Under the pieces are notes generated by a model. It had not been told where the DNA came from, made no database searches, and was given only the letters and a program-made list of their open reading frames with translations. Below, one piece after another: positions 26,861-38,752 of a stretch of 64,000 bases of DNA. The translations under genes and the position numbers were made by a program. The stretch lies in contig OX597842.1 in assembly GCA_951406725.2 (NCBI GenBank), positions 27,466,001 through 27,530,000 of the forward strand, read 5' to 3'. Source of the DNA: Octopus vulgaris. Lineage: Eukaryota. The first letter of the stretch is position 1. Each line of letters opens with the position of its first letter.

Positions 26861-27592
26861 TTTTATCCAAAATCCTCCAAAAATGCTCTCCGTATTGGTT
26901 GGCAAATATTTTGCAATAATAACATCCAAGAGATCAAAGGTGACATTGAAGATGTCAGAAACGGAATAAAAACACATCGCATTGTTTTAGCTTTCAAATG
27001 ACAGATTTATCACAAAATCGACATTCAAAACAAAACATCCAGCTCAAGTTATGGCTTCGGGTGTTGTGGCTTCCGATGGAAAGAAAATGCCTATAAAATT
27101 CTACAAAGCTGATGAAAAGATCAATGTTAATACTTACTAAAAGACTCAGAGATACCAGGTATTGACATGACTTAATTTTATCCCAAATCCTCCAAAGATG
27201 CTCTTTGTATTGGCTGGCAAATATTTTACTCTAATGACATCCAAGAAATCAAACGTGACATTGAAGATGTTACAAATGGAATAAAAACACATCCAGAAGC
27301 AATAACATTTTCTGCTTTAGAGTGACGCAAAATGTGACCTTGTTGCAGGTCAAAGAAATGATGCCACGAAACATTAAACAAAGGAACTCAAACAATCCAA
27401 GCGGTTTGTGTTTAAGTGTGATTCATTATATAAGCTCTTTGTCGGATCATTTTAGCTTCCTTCTACTTCTAATGCTTTGCTAAAAGCAAAAGAGAAGTGA
27501 AATATAGACAAGCAACAACCGGCGAGTGCAGTTCTGTTGTTTATCATTTACGAATTATTCACTTCTGCAGCTGGATAAGATAAGGAGAACTG

Positions 27593-27760
27593 CGGATCCA
27601 TGAAATAAGCTGCCAGATGAGATAGTGAAGATGCCGACGACCGCTCGGTTCAAAGTCTCCCTTGACCAGAAATGGCCTGAACTCTTTGTATGACCACCCT
27701 CCCTGTCCCACTACATGGCCTTGCTTTTGCTTTCTGAACCAATAAAAATTGAATTGAATC
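27593..27760 (+). mobile_element. CR1/L2 LINE 3'-end fragment
   Basis: ADP*NKLPDEIVKMPTTARFKVSLDQKW resembles the WNxLP...FKxxLD C-terminus. Confidence 0.6.
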
Positions 27761-28308
27761 AAAGCAATCTAAAGATGCCCAGTGAAATATAGACAAGCAA
27801 CAACCGGCGAGTGTGGTTCTAGTGTTTATCATTTATGAATTATGCAGGTTTGATAAGATTAGGAAGAAAATGGAGGAAGAGAACTTTAATTATGTTAAAG
27901 AATTTCTCCAAAAATATCCAAATAAAATAAGTTGTTCTTTGTATTTGCTGCTAAATATTTAACAATACTACCTTAAACTTCAGAAATGCTATTAAAAGCA
28001 GGAGCTGAACAATTCTGTCCTGGTGCGGACATAAAGTCGCTTTGGACAATACGAAAGGAACGCATCTTCTTAGACCCACGTTCAGTACTTCTTGACTGAT
28101 CCTTCATTTTTGGCAGAGTAGCTATATTCTTGGGGCCAATGTCCAACATACAATGCTTCCACGAATTTCATACTGGCCCATATATGAACACAAAAAATGT
28201 GTTGTAGTGTCCCCAATGTATTGTAGTGTCCTCTCTGTCTAAACTCGTATGGTGAATAAAAAATAGTGCAGTTGAAACCAATGAACATGACCGTTACCAA
28301 AACCATAT

Positions 28309-28349
28309 GAACCTGAAGATTGCATAAATGCAAGAAAGTATACTAGTCC
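28309..28349 (+). ncRNA. Minimal hammerhead ribozyme motif (duplicate of 26311-26351)
   Basis: Identical core, stem II and palindromic stem III. Confidence 0.62.
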
Positions 28350-30573
28350 AATAAGAATGGACAATTAATATTTCATTTGTTCGTTAAGAATAGACAATTA
28401 ATATTGCGTTTCATACCTTTTTACTGTTTTATTTTATAAGATTATACAGAAAACTTAGGAAGGGGACTAATTATATCAAAAGATTTATCAAAAGAAATCC
28501 AGATAAAGTAAAACCTTCTGGGTGTTGGCTTTTCAAAGTTTTTGAACAACATTGAAAATGTCGCAAATTTTATCCAAAATCCTCCAAAGATGCTCTCTGT
28601 ATTGGTTGGCAAATATTTTGCAATAATAACATCCAAGAGATCAAAGGTGACATTGAAGATGTCAGAAACGGAATAAAAACACATCGCATTGTTTTAGCCT
28701 TCAAATGACAGATTTATCACAAAATCGACATTCAAAACAAAACATCCAGCTCAAGTTATGGCTTCGGGTGTTGTGGCTTCCGATGGAAAGAAAATTCCTA
28801 TAAAATTCTACAAAGCTGATGAAAAGATCAATGTTAATACTTACTAAAAGACTCAGAGAAACCAGGTATTGACATGGCTTAATTTTATCCAAAATCCTCC
28901 AAAAATGCTCTCTGTATTGGTTGGCAAATATTTTGCTCTAATAAAATCATAGAAATCAAACGTGACATTGAAGATGTAACAAATGGAATAAAAACACATC
29001 CAGAAGCAATAAGTGGTTCTGCTTTGAAGTGTTGCAAAATGTGACCATGACACAGGTTCAGGAAATGATGCCACTACACTTTATACAAGACAATTGTGTC
29101 CCCAAAGTCCATCCCCTCCTCACCGTGGTGGGGACGCTGGCAACGGGTAGTGTCAGAGCTCTGCCGTCGGGAACTTCGGTTCCTGGTAGAGCCACCAAAG
29201 GCAGATTGGTCTGACACCGAGTGGTATTAGGGCCACAACCCTGCAGATGGGGCTCTAGTGAAAATCAAAGTGGTTCTGTTTTAAGTACGACCCGTTATAT
29301 AAGTTCTTCGTCTGATCATTTTAGCTTCTTTCTATTTCTAGCATCTTTCGTTGACAAGAAATGGAGTTTGATAAGATTGTGAAAGATGCTTAGGAGAAAT
29401 GAAACGAAACCATCAAACCCTTTGCAAAAAGAAAATGAGAAGTGAAATATAGACAAGCAACAACCGGCGAGTGTGATTTTATTGTTTCTCATTTAAGAAT
29501 TATTCACTTCTGCAGTTGGATAAGATAATGAGAATTGAGGAGGGAGAATTTAATTATCTATCTCTTTTCATTTTCTATAATTGCTAAGTTTATCAAAATG
29601 CACTTAAATTACACACATGTGCCACTATTGGTGCGTGGAAAGTGTCCGGTATGAAACCATTCTGTGGCACAAAAAAAAGGTTAGTGATCACTGCATTAGA
29701 CAAAACTCAGGTTTCCAGTATAAATGCCATTTTAAGTGAGATTTTAAAAACCATCACCTTCTTTGTATTATTGTTTACCTCTTTTTATAAGGGTTTTCTT
29801 CAAAATCCTATCACTATCAGCTCTTAGCATGTTCCACTCAAAAGATGGAACAGTGAAATATAGACAAGCAACAACCGGCGAGTGTGGTTCTAGTGTTTAT
29901 CATTTATGAATTATGCAGGTTTGATAAGATTAGGAAGAAAATTGAGGAAGAGAACTTTAATTATGTTAAAGAATTTCTCCAAAAATATCCAAATAAAATA
30001 AGTTGTTCTTTGTATTTGCTGCTAAATATTTAACAATACTACCTTAAACTTCAGAAATGCTATTAAAAGCAGGAGCTGAACAATTCTGTCCTGGTGCGGA
30101 CATAAAGTCGCTTTGGACAATACGAAAGGAACGCATCTTCTTAGACCCACGTTCAGTACTTCTTGACTGATCCTTCATTTTTGGCAGAGTTGCCATGTTC
30201 TTGGTGCAAAAAGTCCAACATACAATGCTTCCACGAATTTCATAAAAAGCATTAGAAAGTATCGACTTGTTTAATTAAGCAAGCAACTATATGCACAAGT
30301 CCATTAGGAGTAAAACAAAGAAAAGTCACTGAAGCATTGAAAATATCGCAAAATTTAGCCCAAACCATCCAAATGATAGAAGATGCTGTTTGTATTGTTT
30401 GGCAGATATTTAGCAGAAACGTTAAGGGAAATCAAAGAACGTGACATTGAAGGGGTCACAAATGGAATGAAAACACATCCAGAAGCAATAAGTGGTTCTG
30501 CTTTGGAGTGTTGCAAAATGTGACCATGACACAGGTCCAGGAAATGATGCCACTACACTTTATACAAGACAAT

Positions 30574-31756
30574 TGTGTCCCCAAAGTCCATCCCCTCCTC
30601 ACCGTGGTGGGGACGCTGGCAACGGGTAGTGTCAGAGCTCTGCTGTCCGGAACCTCGATTCCTGGTAGAGCCACCCAAGGCAGATTGGTCTGACACCGAG
30701 TGGTATTAGGGCCACAACCCGGGACGCTAGCAATGGGTAGTGTCAGAACTATGCCGTCGGGAACTTCGGTTCATGGTAGGGCCACCCAAGGCGGATTGGT
30801 CTGACACCGAGTGGTATTAGGGCCACAACCCAGGACGCTAGCAATGGGTAGTATAAGAGCTATGCCGTCGGGAACTTCGGTTCCTGGTAGGGCCACCCAA
30901 GGCAGATTGGTCTGACACCGAGTGGTATTAGGGCCACAACCCGGGACGCTAGCAATGGGTAGTGTCAAAACTATGCCATCGGGAACTTCGGTTCATGGTA
31001 GGGCCACCCAAGGCAGATTGGTCTGACACCGAGTGGTATTAGGGCCACAACCCAGGACGCTAGCAATGGGTAGTGTAAGAGCTATGCCGTCGGGAACTTC
31101 GGTTCCTGGTAGGGCCACCCAAGGCAGATTGGTCTGACACCGAGTGGTATTAGGGCCACAACCCGGGACGCTAGCAATGGGTACTGTCAGAGCTATGCCG
31201 TCGGGAACTTCGGTTCCTGGTAGGGGCCACCCAAAGCAGATTGGTCTGACACCGAGTGGTATTAGGGCCACAACCCGGGACGCTAGCAATGGGTAGTGTC
31301 AGAGCTATGCCGTTGGGAACTTCGGTTCCTGGTAGGGCCACCCAAGGCATTTTGGTTTGACACCAAGTGGTATTAAGGTCACAACCCGGCAGACGGGGCT
31401 CTGGTGAAAATCCTCAGAGTGTCTGCTTCGGCAACCGGTGGCTCCTCGGTCGTTCTGTCCCTGCGTCTGCGGACAATCTGTGGCAAACAGGATGTTCCTA
31501 CATGTGGGATTGTTGGGGACCGCTTGTGAAATCAACATATTCCCACAAAACTTCTTCCGGAGGACCTCTCCATGCTCACGGGATCGCAGGTGGTCAGCGT
31601 GCGCCGATGGAACCGTGACTGGCTCACTATCTCCAGTGAATTGGCGCAGGACCGTCGTGCGTGGGGTGCCATGGTTCAAGATGCCTCAAGGGTGGTAGAA
31701 GAAGCCGAATCAACCGGCCCCGGATGAATGTCACCACAAGTACAAATACAAGTAAG
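30574..31756 (+). mobile_element. Internally deleted RTE-clade element whose 5' UTR segment is amplified as about 7 x 111-bp tandem repeats
   Basis: 13-bp TSD tatacaagacaat (30561-30573 and 31757-31769); 3' end LAQDRRAWGAMV...*; (caagta)-like tail; unit resembles the Bov-A/BovB-type 5' motif GAGCYATGCCG..GTAGGGCCACCCAAG. Confidence 0.78.
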
Positions 31757-31910
31757 TATACAAGACAATCAAAAGAAAATAAGTTCTATTTGAAGGGTGA
31801 ACGATTTCAGAAGTTTTTTTTGCCAGACTATTTGAGTTTCCCTGTATTTCTAGCAGATTTCGTTGCAAAGAACTACAAGAAGGAAAGACTGATGTTGTGA
31901 AAAATATTTT

Positions 31911-31952
31911 GGTGGACAAGATGTTGTTTTAGAAATTGACGAATCCAAGTTT
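31911..31952 (+). mobile_element. 42-bp Merlin (IS1016/ISXO2-like) transposase motif fragment
   Basis: GGQDVVLEIDESKF. Confidence 0.62.
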
Positions 31953-34900
31953 ATGCATTTGATGCCACAAATCTTTACACGATGAGAAAATTTCTTCGAA
32001 ATAGGCCAAGTAAAAGAAAGTTCTTTCTTGCATTGGCGTCTCAAACTTAAGACAACACAACAAATGGAGATTGATAAACATTATAGATTGGTGCAGTCAA
32101 AAATATTTTAATAGTGTGAAGTGGGGAATGAAATTAAACCATGAAATGCTTTGTAAAGAAAATGAGAAGTGAAATATAGACCAGCAACAACCGGGGAGTG
32201 TGGTTCTATTCTTAATGTACTTGGATAAGATTATAAAGAAAATTAAGCAAGGTGACTTAAAATATGAGAAAATTTCTTCGAAATAGGCCAAGTAAAAGAA
32301 AGTTCTTTCTTGCATTGGTGTCTCAAACTTAAGACAACACAAGAAATGGAGGTTGTTGAAGTTGTTCTGCTTTATGTTGTCACAAAATATGGCCAAGTGA
32401 CAGGTCAAGGAAATGATGCCACAAATCTTTACACAAGACAATCCAAATAAAAAAGGGCTGCTCTATTGTAAGAGTGACCCATTTTAGAAGTTTTTCTTTG
32501 GACAATTTTGGTTTCCTTCTATTTCTAGCATCTTTTCCTCGCAAAGAAACGGAGGTTGATAACATTGCATATTGATGTTGTGAAAAATGTTTTAGGGGTC
32601 ATGGAAGGAAACCATTAAAGGACTTGTGAAACAAAACAGAAGTGAAATATAGGCAAGCAACAAGCGGCAAGTGTGCTTCTATCATTTATGAATTATTTAC
32701 ATCTGTAGTTTAATAAGATTATACAGAAAACTTAGGAAGGGGACTAATTATATCAAAACATTTATCAAAAGAAATCCAGATAAAGTATTGGCTTCTCAAA
32801 GTTGATGAACATTGAAAATGTCGCAAATTTTATCCAAAATCCTCCAAAGATGCTCTCTGTATTGGTTGGCAAATATTTTGCAATAATAACATCAATGAAA
32901 TCAAAGGAGACATTGAAGATGTCAGAAACGGAATAAAAACACATCGCATTGTTTTAGCCTTCAAATGACAGATTTATCACAAAATCGACATTCAAAAGAA
33001 AACATCCAGCTCAAGTTATGGCTTCGGGTGTTGTGGCTTCGGATGGAAAGAAAATGCCTATAAAATTCTACAAAGCTGATGAAAAGATCAATGTTAATAT
33101 TTACTAAAAGACTCAGAGATACCAGGTATTGACATGGCTTAATTTTATCCAAAATCCTCCAAAGATGCTCTTTGTATTGGCTGACAAATATTTTGCTCTA
33201 ATAAAATCAAAGAAATCAAACGTGACATTGAAGATGTAACAAATGGAATAAAAACACATCCAGAAGCACTAAGTGGTTCTGCTTTAGAGTGTCGCAAAAT
33301 GTGACCTTGTTGCAGGTCAAAGAAATGACGCCACGAAACATTAAACAAAGGAACTCAAACAATCCAAGCGGTTTGTGTTTAAGTGTGATTCATTATATAA
33401 GCTCTTTGTCGGACCATTTTAGCTTCTTTCTACTTCTAATGCTCTGCAAAAAGCAAAAGAGAAGTGAAATATAGACAAGCAACAAGCGGCAAGTGTGCTT
33501 TAATTCTATCATTTATGAATCCTTCACTTCTGTAGTTTGATAAGATTATACAGAAAACTTAGGAAGGGGACTAATTATATCAAAAGATTTATCAAAAGAA
33601 ATCCAGATAAAGTAAAACCTTCTGGGTGTTGGCTTTTCAAAGTTTTTGAACAACATTGAAAATGTCGCAAATTTTATCCAAAATCCTCCAAAGATGCTCT
33701 CTGTATTGGTTGGCAAATATTTTGCAATAATAACATCCAAGAGATCAAAGGTGACATTGAAGATGTCAGAAACAGAATAAAAACACATCGCATTGTTTTA
33801 GCCTTCAAATGACAGATTTATCACAAAATCGACATTCAAAACAAAACATCCAGCTCTAGTTATGGCTTCGGGTGTTGTGGCTTCCGATGGAAAGAAAATG
33901 CCTATAAAATTCTACAAAGCTGATGAAAAGATCAATGTTAATACTTACTAAAAGACTCAGAGAAACCAGGTATTGCCATGACTTAATTTTATCTAAAATC
34001 CTCCAAAGATGCTCTCTGTATTGGTTGGCAAATATTTTGCAATAATAACATCCAAGAGATAAAAGGTGACATTGAAGATGTCAGAAACGGAATAAAAACA
34101 CATTGCATTGTTTTAGCTTTCAAATGACAGATTTATCACAAAATCGACATTCAAAACAAAACATCCAGCTCAAGTTATGGCTTCGGGTGTTGTGGCTTCC
34201 GATGGAAAGAAAATTCCTATAAAATTCTACAAAGCTGATGAAAAGATCAATGTTAATACTTACTAAAAGACTCAGAGATACCAGGTATTGCCATGACTTA
34301 ATTTTATCCAAAATCCTCCAAAAATGCTCTCCGTATTGGTTGGCAAATATTTTGCTCTAATAAAATCAATGAAATCAAATGTGACATTGAAGATGTTACA
34401 AATGGAATAAAAACACATCCAGAAGCAATAACATTTTCTGCTTTAGAGTGTCGCAAAATGTGACCTTGTCGCAGGTCAAAGAAATGATGCCACGAAACAT
34501 TAAACAAAGGAACTCAAACAATCCAAGCAGTTTGTGTTTAAGTGTGATTCATTATATAAGCTCTTTGTCGGATCATTTTAGCTTCCTTCTACTTCTAATG
34601 CTTTTGCAAAAAGCAAAAGAGAAGTGAAATATAGACAAGCAGCAAGCGGCAAGTGTGCTTCTATCATTTATGAATCCTTCACTTCTGTAGTTTGATAAGA
34701 TTATACGGAAAACTGAGGAAGGGCACTTTATTCATAACAAAAGATTTATCAAAAACCTGATAGACACAAAATGTTCTCAGTATTGGCTTCTAAACGCCGA
34801 GCAACAGCATCACATTAAGTCAAGATGACATTGAAGATGTTTCAAAATTTATCGATAGACATCTAGATAAATCTATTTGTCTTTATTACCAATGCAAAAC

Positions 34901-34959
34901 GTCTGCTCATTGGTCAACAAACGGATGTTGTATACGCTTTATAAAAAAGCAACTGGAAA

Positions 34960-35520
34960 ACACATCACCACGACGGATTCGGTGGAGGTGCGGGCAGTCA
35001 AGTTTAAGGTTGACCCCCTCCAGAAGTAACCAAAAGGAGGACAGCGGTTTATAGAACACTGTCCATAAGCTGTAAAAAGATTGAGATAGCTTTGGAAGAA
35101 GCTATAGAGAAATGTCTGGAAGAAGTAAGGAGTGTTGCAACATTCTACACTCACTCCATTGTGATGCTGAGGTCGCGAGAATGGGTATGCCTGCCGACCT
35201 ACTGTGGCAGAAGAGTCACGAGAATTAAGATAGGCAGGGTACCACCAGAAATTGAAGAAGTGTGGCTGCTGGCAGCAGTGATGTACAGAACCCACAAAGA
35301 TGTAAAGATATTAAAAGTGGCAAGAACAAAGAAAACGAATTGCTGGGGTTATGGCCTGGAAATGGTCATCCAGGCCACCCAGCAAGACCTGAATGAAATA
35401 GCAGAAGAGGTGTTGCTGCCGGAAGACAGAGTTCATAGTGGTGGTAGAAGGGTGACCTCCGACATGCTACCGCTGTGGAGAAAAGGGGCACATCAAAATA
35501 AAGTGCCCCCGGAAAAACAA
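34960..35520 (+). mobile_element. LINE ORF1 (gag-like, CCHC knuckle) fragment
   Basis: PTYCGRRVTRIKIGRVPPEI..WL; shifted frame VVEG*PPTCYRCGEKGHIKIKCP (35465-35506). Confidence 0.65.
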
Positions 35521-35848
35521 TGAAACCAGCATGAACAAAGTGAGCGTAGCAAAATGAAAAACACAGCGTAGGTGGAGTGTATGGAAGATACAGAAGAGGG
35601 ATTTACAGAAGGGCCCAAAAGAACAAGAAAGGAAATAGATACAGCCCTGAAGAGTCCAAGCATTTACTGCAAAGACAGACAGAAAGGTGATTATACATGT
35701 GCAGCAAATGCTGTAAGTGTGAGTGGCCACCTGCACCCATAGAAGTGACACAAGTTGGTGCTCCAGCAAGAAATTGGAAAAGTCTCATCTGCTTGGAGTA
35801 GCACCCTTTTCCTCCAAACTGGGGATGAGGAAAAGAGGTCAAATAACT

Positions 35849-35905
35849 GACATCACAACGGGGTCTAGCGACTCTGCTCAGATAATGGACTTGGCTGCAA
35901 TTTAT
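35849..35905 (+). mobile_element. 57-bp Penelope RT motif fragment
   Basis: DITTGSSDSAQIMDLAAIY versus DVPMGSSDSAQIADLVGIY of the PLE at about 11277. Confidence 0.68.
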
Positions 35906-36290
35906 AATGTAAGCATATCCATGTTTATGCCTGGAAAATATAGAATCATATAATGAGGAAGATGAAATTACGAATCAAATCAAGAGCTAAAAGCACTTAC
36001 TCTTATTCCTTATAATGGAGGTCCTATCAGGACGTCTCCAGATGGCATCGTTCCTTATGAAGCTCATGAGTGAGAGTTTATCAAACATGTCTCAGAGTCT
36101 CATCAAATAAAACCAGATGAGAGAAGTTAGAAGCTTCTCATTGAAATATGAAGACGAAGAAATTACAAACTAAATCAAGAGCCAAACACTGTTATTCTTA
36201 TTGTTCTTGTAGTCGATAACGGGTCCGTCAGACTCAAAACAAATGACAGATAACGTAAGATATGTTGGCTGCCCATATCATTATATGTCC

Positions 36291-36356
36291 CCCACATTAT
36301 GAATGCATGATCCGACAGTGTGGTTTATACATTCTAGAGACACTGTTTTTGTCTCT
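36291..36356 (+). mobile_element. Gypsy gag N-terminal fragment
   Basis: PTL*MHDPTVWFIH-LETLF versus [19 protein letters not shown] of the element at about 14157. Confidence 0.6.
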
Positions 36357-37128
36357 GCGTACAAAGTTAGGCAGCACCTGCACATCTTATGTATTCACTG
36401 CCCTTCCATAGGATGTCCTGTTGGAGATCCAGGACTTGATTACATCTCTGGATGGCACTGTTCCTTATGGAACTCCCCAAGTGAGAGTTTATCAAGCCTA
36501 ACTCAGAGTCTCATCAAATAAAAGCAGGAGATGAGAGCAGAGGAAGTAGTTTGATGTTTGTCATTAAAATATGAAGAAGAGGAAATCACGAACTAAATCA
36601 GTTGTTCTAATTGTACTGGTAGTTGATAATGGGTCCATCAGACTCAAAACAAATGACAGATAACGTAAGATATACTGGCTGCCCATATGTTTGTCATTGA
36701 AATATGAAGAAGAGGAAATCACGAACCAAGTCAACAGCTAAAAATGCAAAGTGTCATTGTTCTTGTAGCTGATAATGGTTCCATCAGACTCAAATCAAAA
36801 GAGATGACTAAGATAAAACAAGATCAACAGAGGAAATAAAAAATAATCCTCCTATTGTCGCTTCAACGGCCAGGAAGAGCCTCATGGAAAGACAGGAAAC
36901 GGGTGGACCAGAGCAGTATTGAACCCATGGATTCCATGATCGGGTGAGAAAAATGGTTGCACATGCAATTGAAGCGAGGACTATAGTTACTCCAAAGGAC
37001 ACGTGTTGTAAGTTCAATAACAAAATATACCTCCAGGAAGATTGGTGCAGCCATGGGGCCCCAGCCAGCTCGTAATGGCATGGTGGGACGGTGGCCTGAA
37101 AGAAAATATGTCAAGTGAGACATTTTAT

Positions 37129-37957
37129 GAGGGTGTACAGTTATATACTGACGAATGGTCCAGTTATGTTGAACAGTTCCCACACCATAAAAAAATTGGG
37201 TGCCTGCTTCCATGCATCTCACAGAGATACGGAACCCTCAGGACCGATTCTTGGTGGTGGTGATGAGATTTTTTCTTGGGGATGGGGGGGTCACTTGTCT
37301 ATCCAACTGGATGCCTCCTCGGGGCCAGTTCTGCGGCCCACACACTTGTTTGAAGGACACCCTGAAGAGGCTGTAAATAAACAAACTCAACTCGGAGGCC
37401 TTGGTCGGACAAAAGAAGAACTTCAACAGGATGGGGGGGGGGGGGCCACTTGTCTGTCCAACTGGATGCCTCCTCAGGGCCAGTTCTGTGGCCCACACAC
37501 TTGTTTGAAGGACACCCTGAAGGGGCTGTAAATAAACAAACTCAACTCGGAGGCCTTGGTCGGACAAAAGAAGAATTTCAACAGGATGGGGGGGGCCACT
37601 TGTCTGTCCAACTGGATGCCTCCTCGGGGCAAGTTCTGTGGCCCACACACTTGTTTGAAGGACACCCTGAAGGGGCTGTAAATAAACAAACTCAACTCGG
37701 AGGCCTTGGTCGGACAAAAGAAGAATTTCAACAGGATGGGGGGGGGCCACTTGTCTGTCCAACTGGATGCCTCCTCGGGGCCAGTTCTGTGGCCCACACA
37801 TTTGTTTGAAGGACACCCTGAAGGGGCTGTAAATAAACAAACTCAACTCGGAGGCCTTGGTCGGACAAAAGAAGAACTTCAACAGAATGGACTGGCAAAC
37901 CTGGATTGCAGAGGGTTACAACCACACCACCACTGCAACCACCAAGAGTTTTACTTC
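37129..37957 (+). mobile_element. Merlin transposase fragments split by a 4 x ~150-bp tandem repeat (37285-37885)
   Basis: EGVQLYTDEWSSY (37129-37167); EGYNHTT/CNHQEFY (about 37910-37957) corresponding to GYxHxTVNH; repeat unit reads GGHLSVQLDAS and QLGGLGRT. Confidence 0.6.
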
Positions 37958-38597
37958 AGTATGGGACCCAACAGGAAAATGTCTCGTCAGGTACAACAAT
38001 TTTTACTGATAAATGAGCCAGTTACAAAGGGCCTTTCACCAAACTTGGCGCCTACATTCACCAAACAGTGAGTCATGCCAAGAATTTCTTGGTTCCAGAC
38101 AATGAAGCATGCACCAGCCGTATTTAGACCTATTCATCTCATGAAAACATTAATTGATGAAATTAATTATTCACAATGCCGACAGCTCCATAAAGTGCCA
38201 ATCTCTCAAAGTGGAAGATTTAGGATTGAGACTGCCGGTGCCTGGTTGTACTCAAGAAGACCCATACCTCACAGCAGAATTGCTAAGACCAAGTGGTGTA
38301 AAGCATTCATGGAAGTCAGGAGGCAGTGTTTGCAGTGGCGCATAAACAAACCTGTCTGGTCCTACATAAAAGTGCCAGTGTGGTGTCGCATAAAAAGCGC
38401 CCATGCTACCAAGATCCACCAACAAAACTGATCTAGTGTGGACCTACAATCAGATACCCATCTAAGTGGTGTAAAGCATTCATGGAAGTCAGGAGGCAGT
38501 GTTTGCAGTGGCGCATAAACAAACCTGTGTGGTCCTACATAAAAGTGCCAGTGTGGTGTCGCATAAAAAGCGGCCCATGCTACCAAGATCCACCAAC

Positions 38598-38752
38598 AAA
38601 ACTGATCTAGCGTGGACCGACAATCAGATACCCATCTAACCTGCTGATGTTCCAAACACAGCAATTGCCACGCCCTTCAGACTGAGTTTTTGTGGATGCC
38701 CTTCAGCTTCCAGAATGCAGCACAGACATTTCAATGCTTTATAGACACCGTC
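38598..38752 (+). mobile_element. Gypsy RT fragment (first part also duplicated at about 38424-38464)
   Basis: KTDLAWTDNQIPI*PADVPNTAIATPFR-EFLWMPFSFQNAAQTFQCFIDTV versus [53 protein letters not shown]. Confidence 0.8.

Noticed and set aside
29620-29720. TIGAWKV...LDKTQV, possible LINE endonuclease N-terminus fragment on +
   Set aside because: Similarity too weak to call by eye, although its orientation would agree with the mosaic.
30575-30720. Possible HDV-like or twister ribozyme at the RTE 5' end
   Set aside because: A 9-bp stem and a tcctc loop exist, but I could not build the nested double pseudoknot or the twister consensus by eye; needs an RNArobo/Infernal search.
27496-34665. Eight ~40-bp direct repeats with variable intervening DNA, superficially CRISPR-like
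   Set aside because: Spacing is 300-2300 bp and irregular, the repeats are parts of longer paralogous segments, there are no cas genes, and the context is eukaryotic.
37238-37882. 214-aa minus-strand ORF and overlapping ORFs
   Set aside because: Product of the 150-bp tandem repeat; the frame shifts with G-run length.
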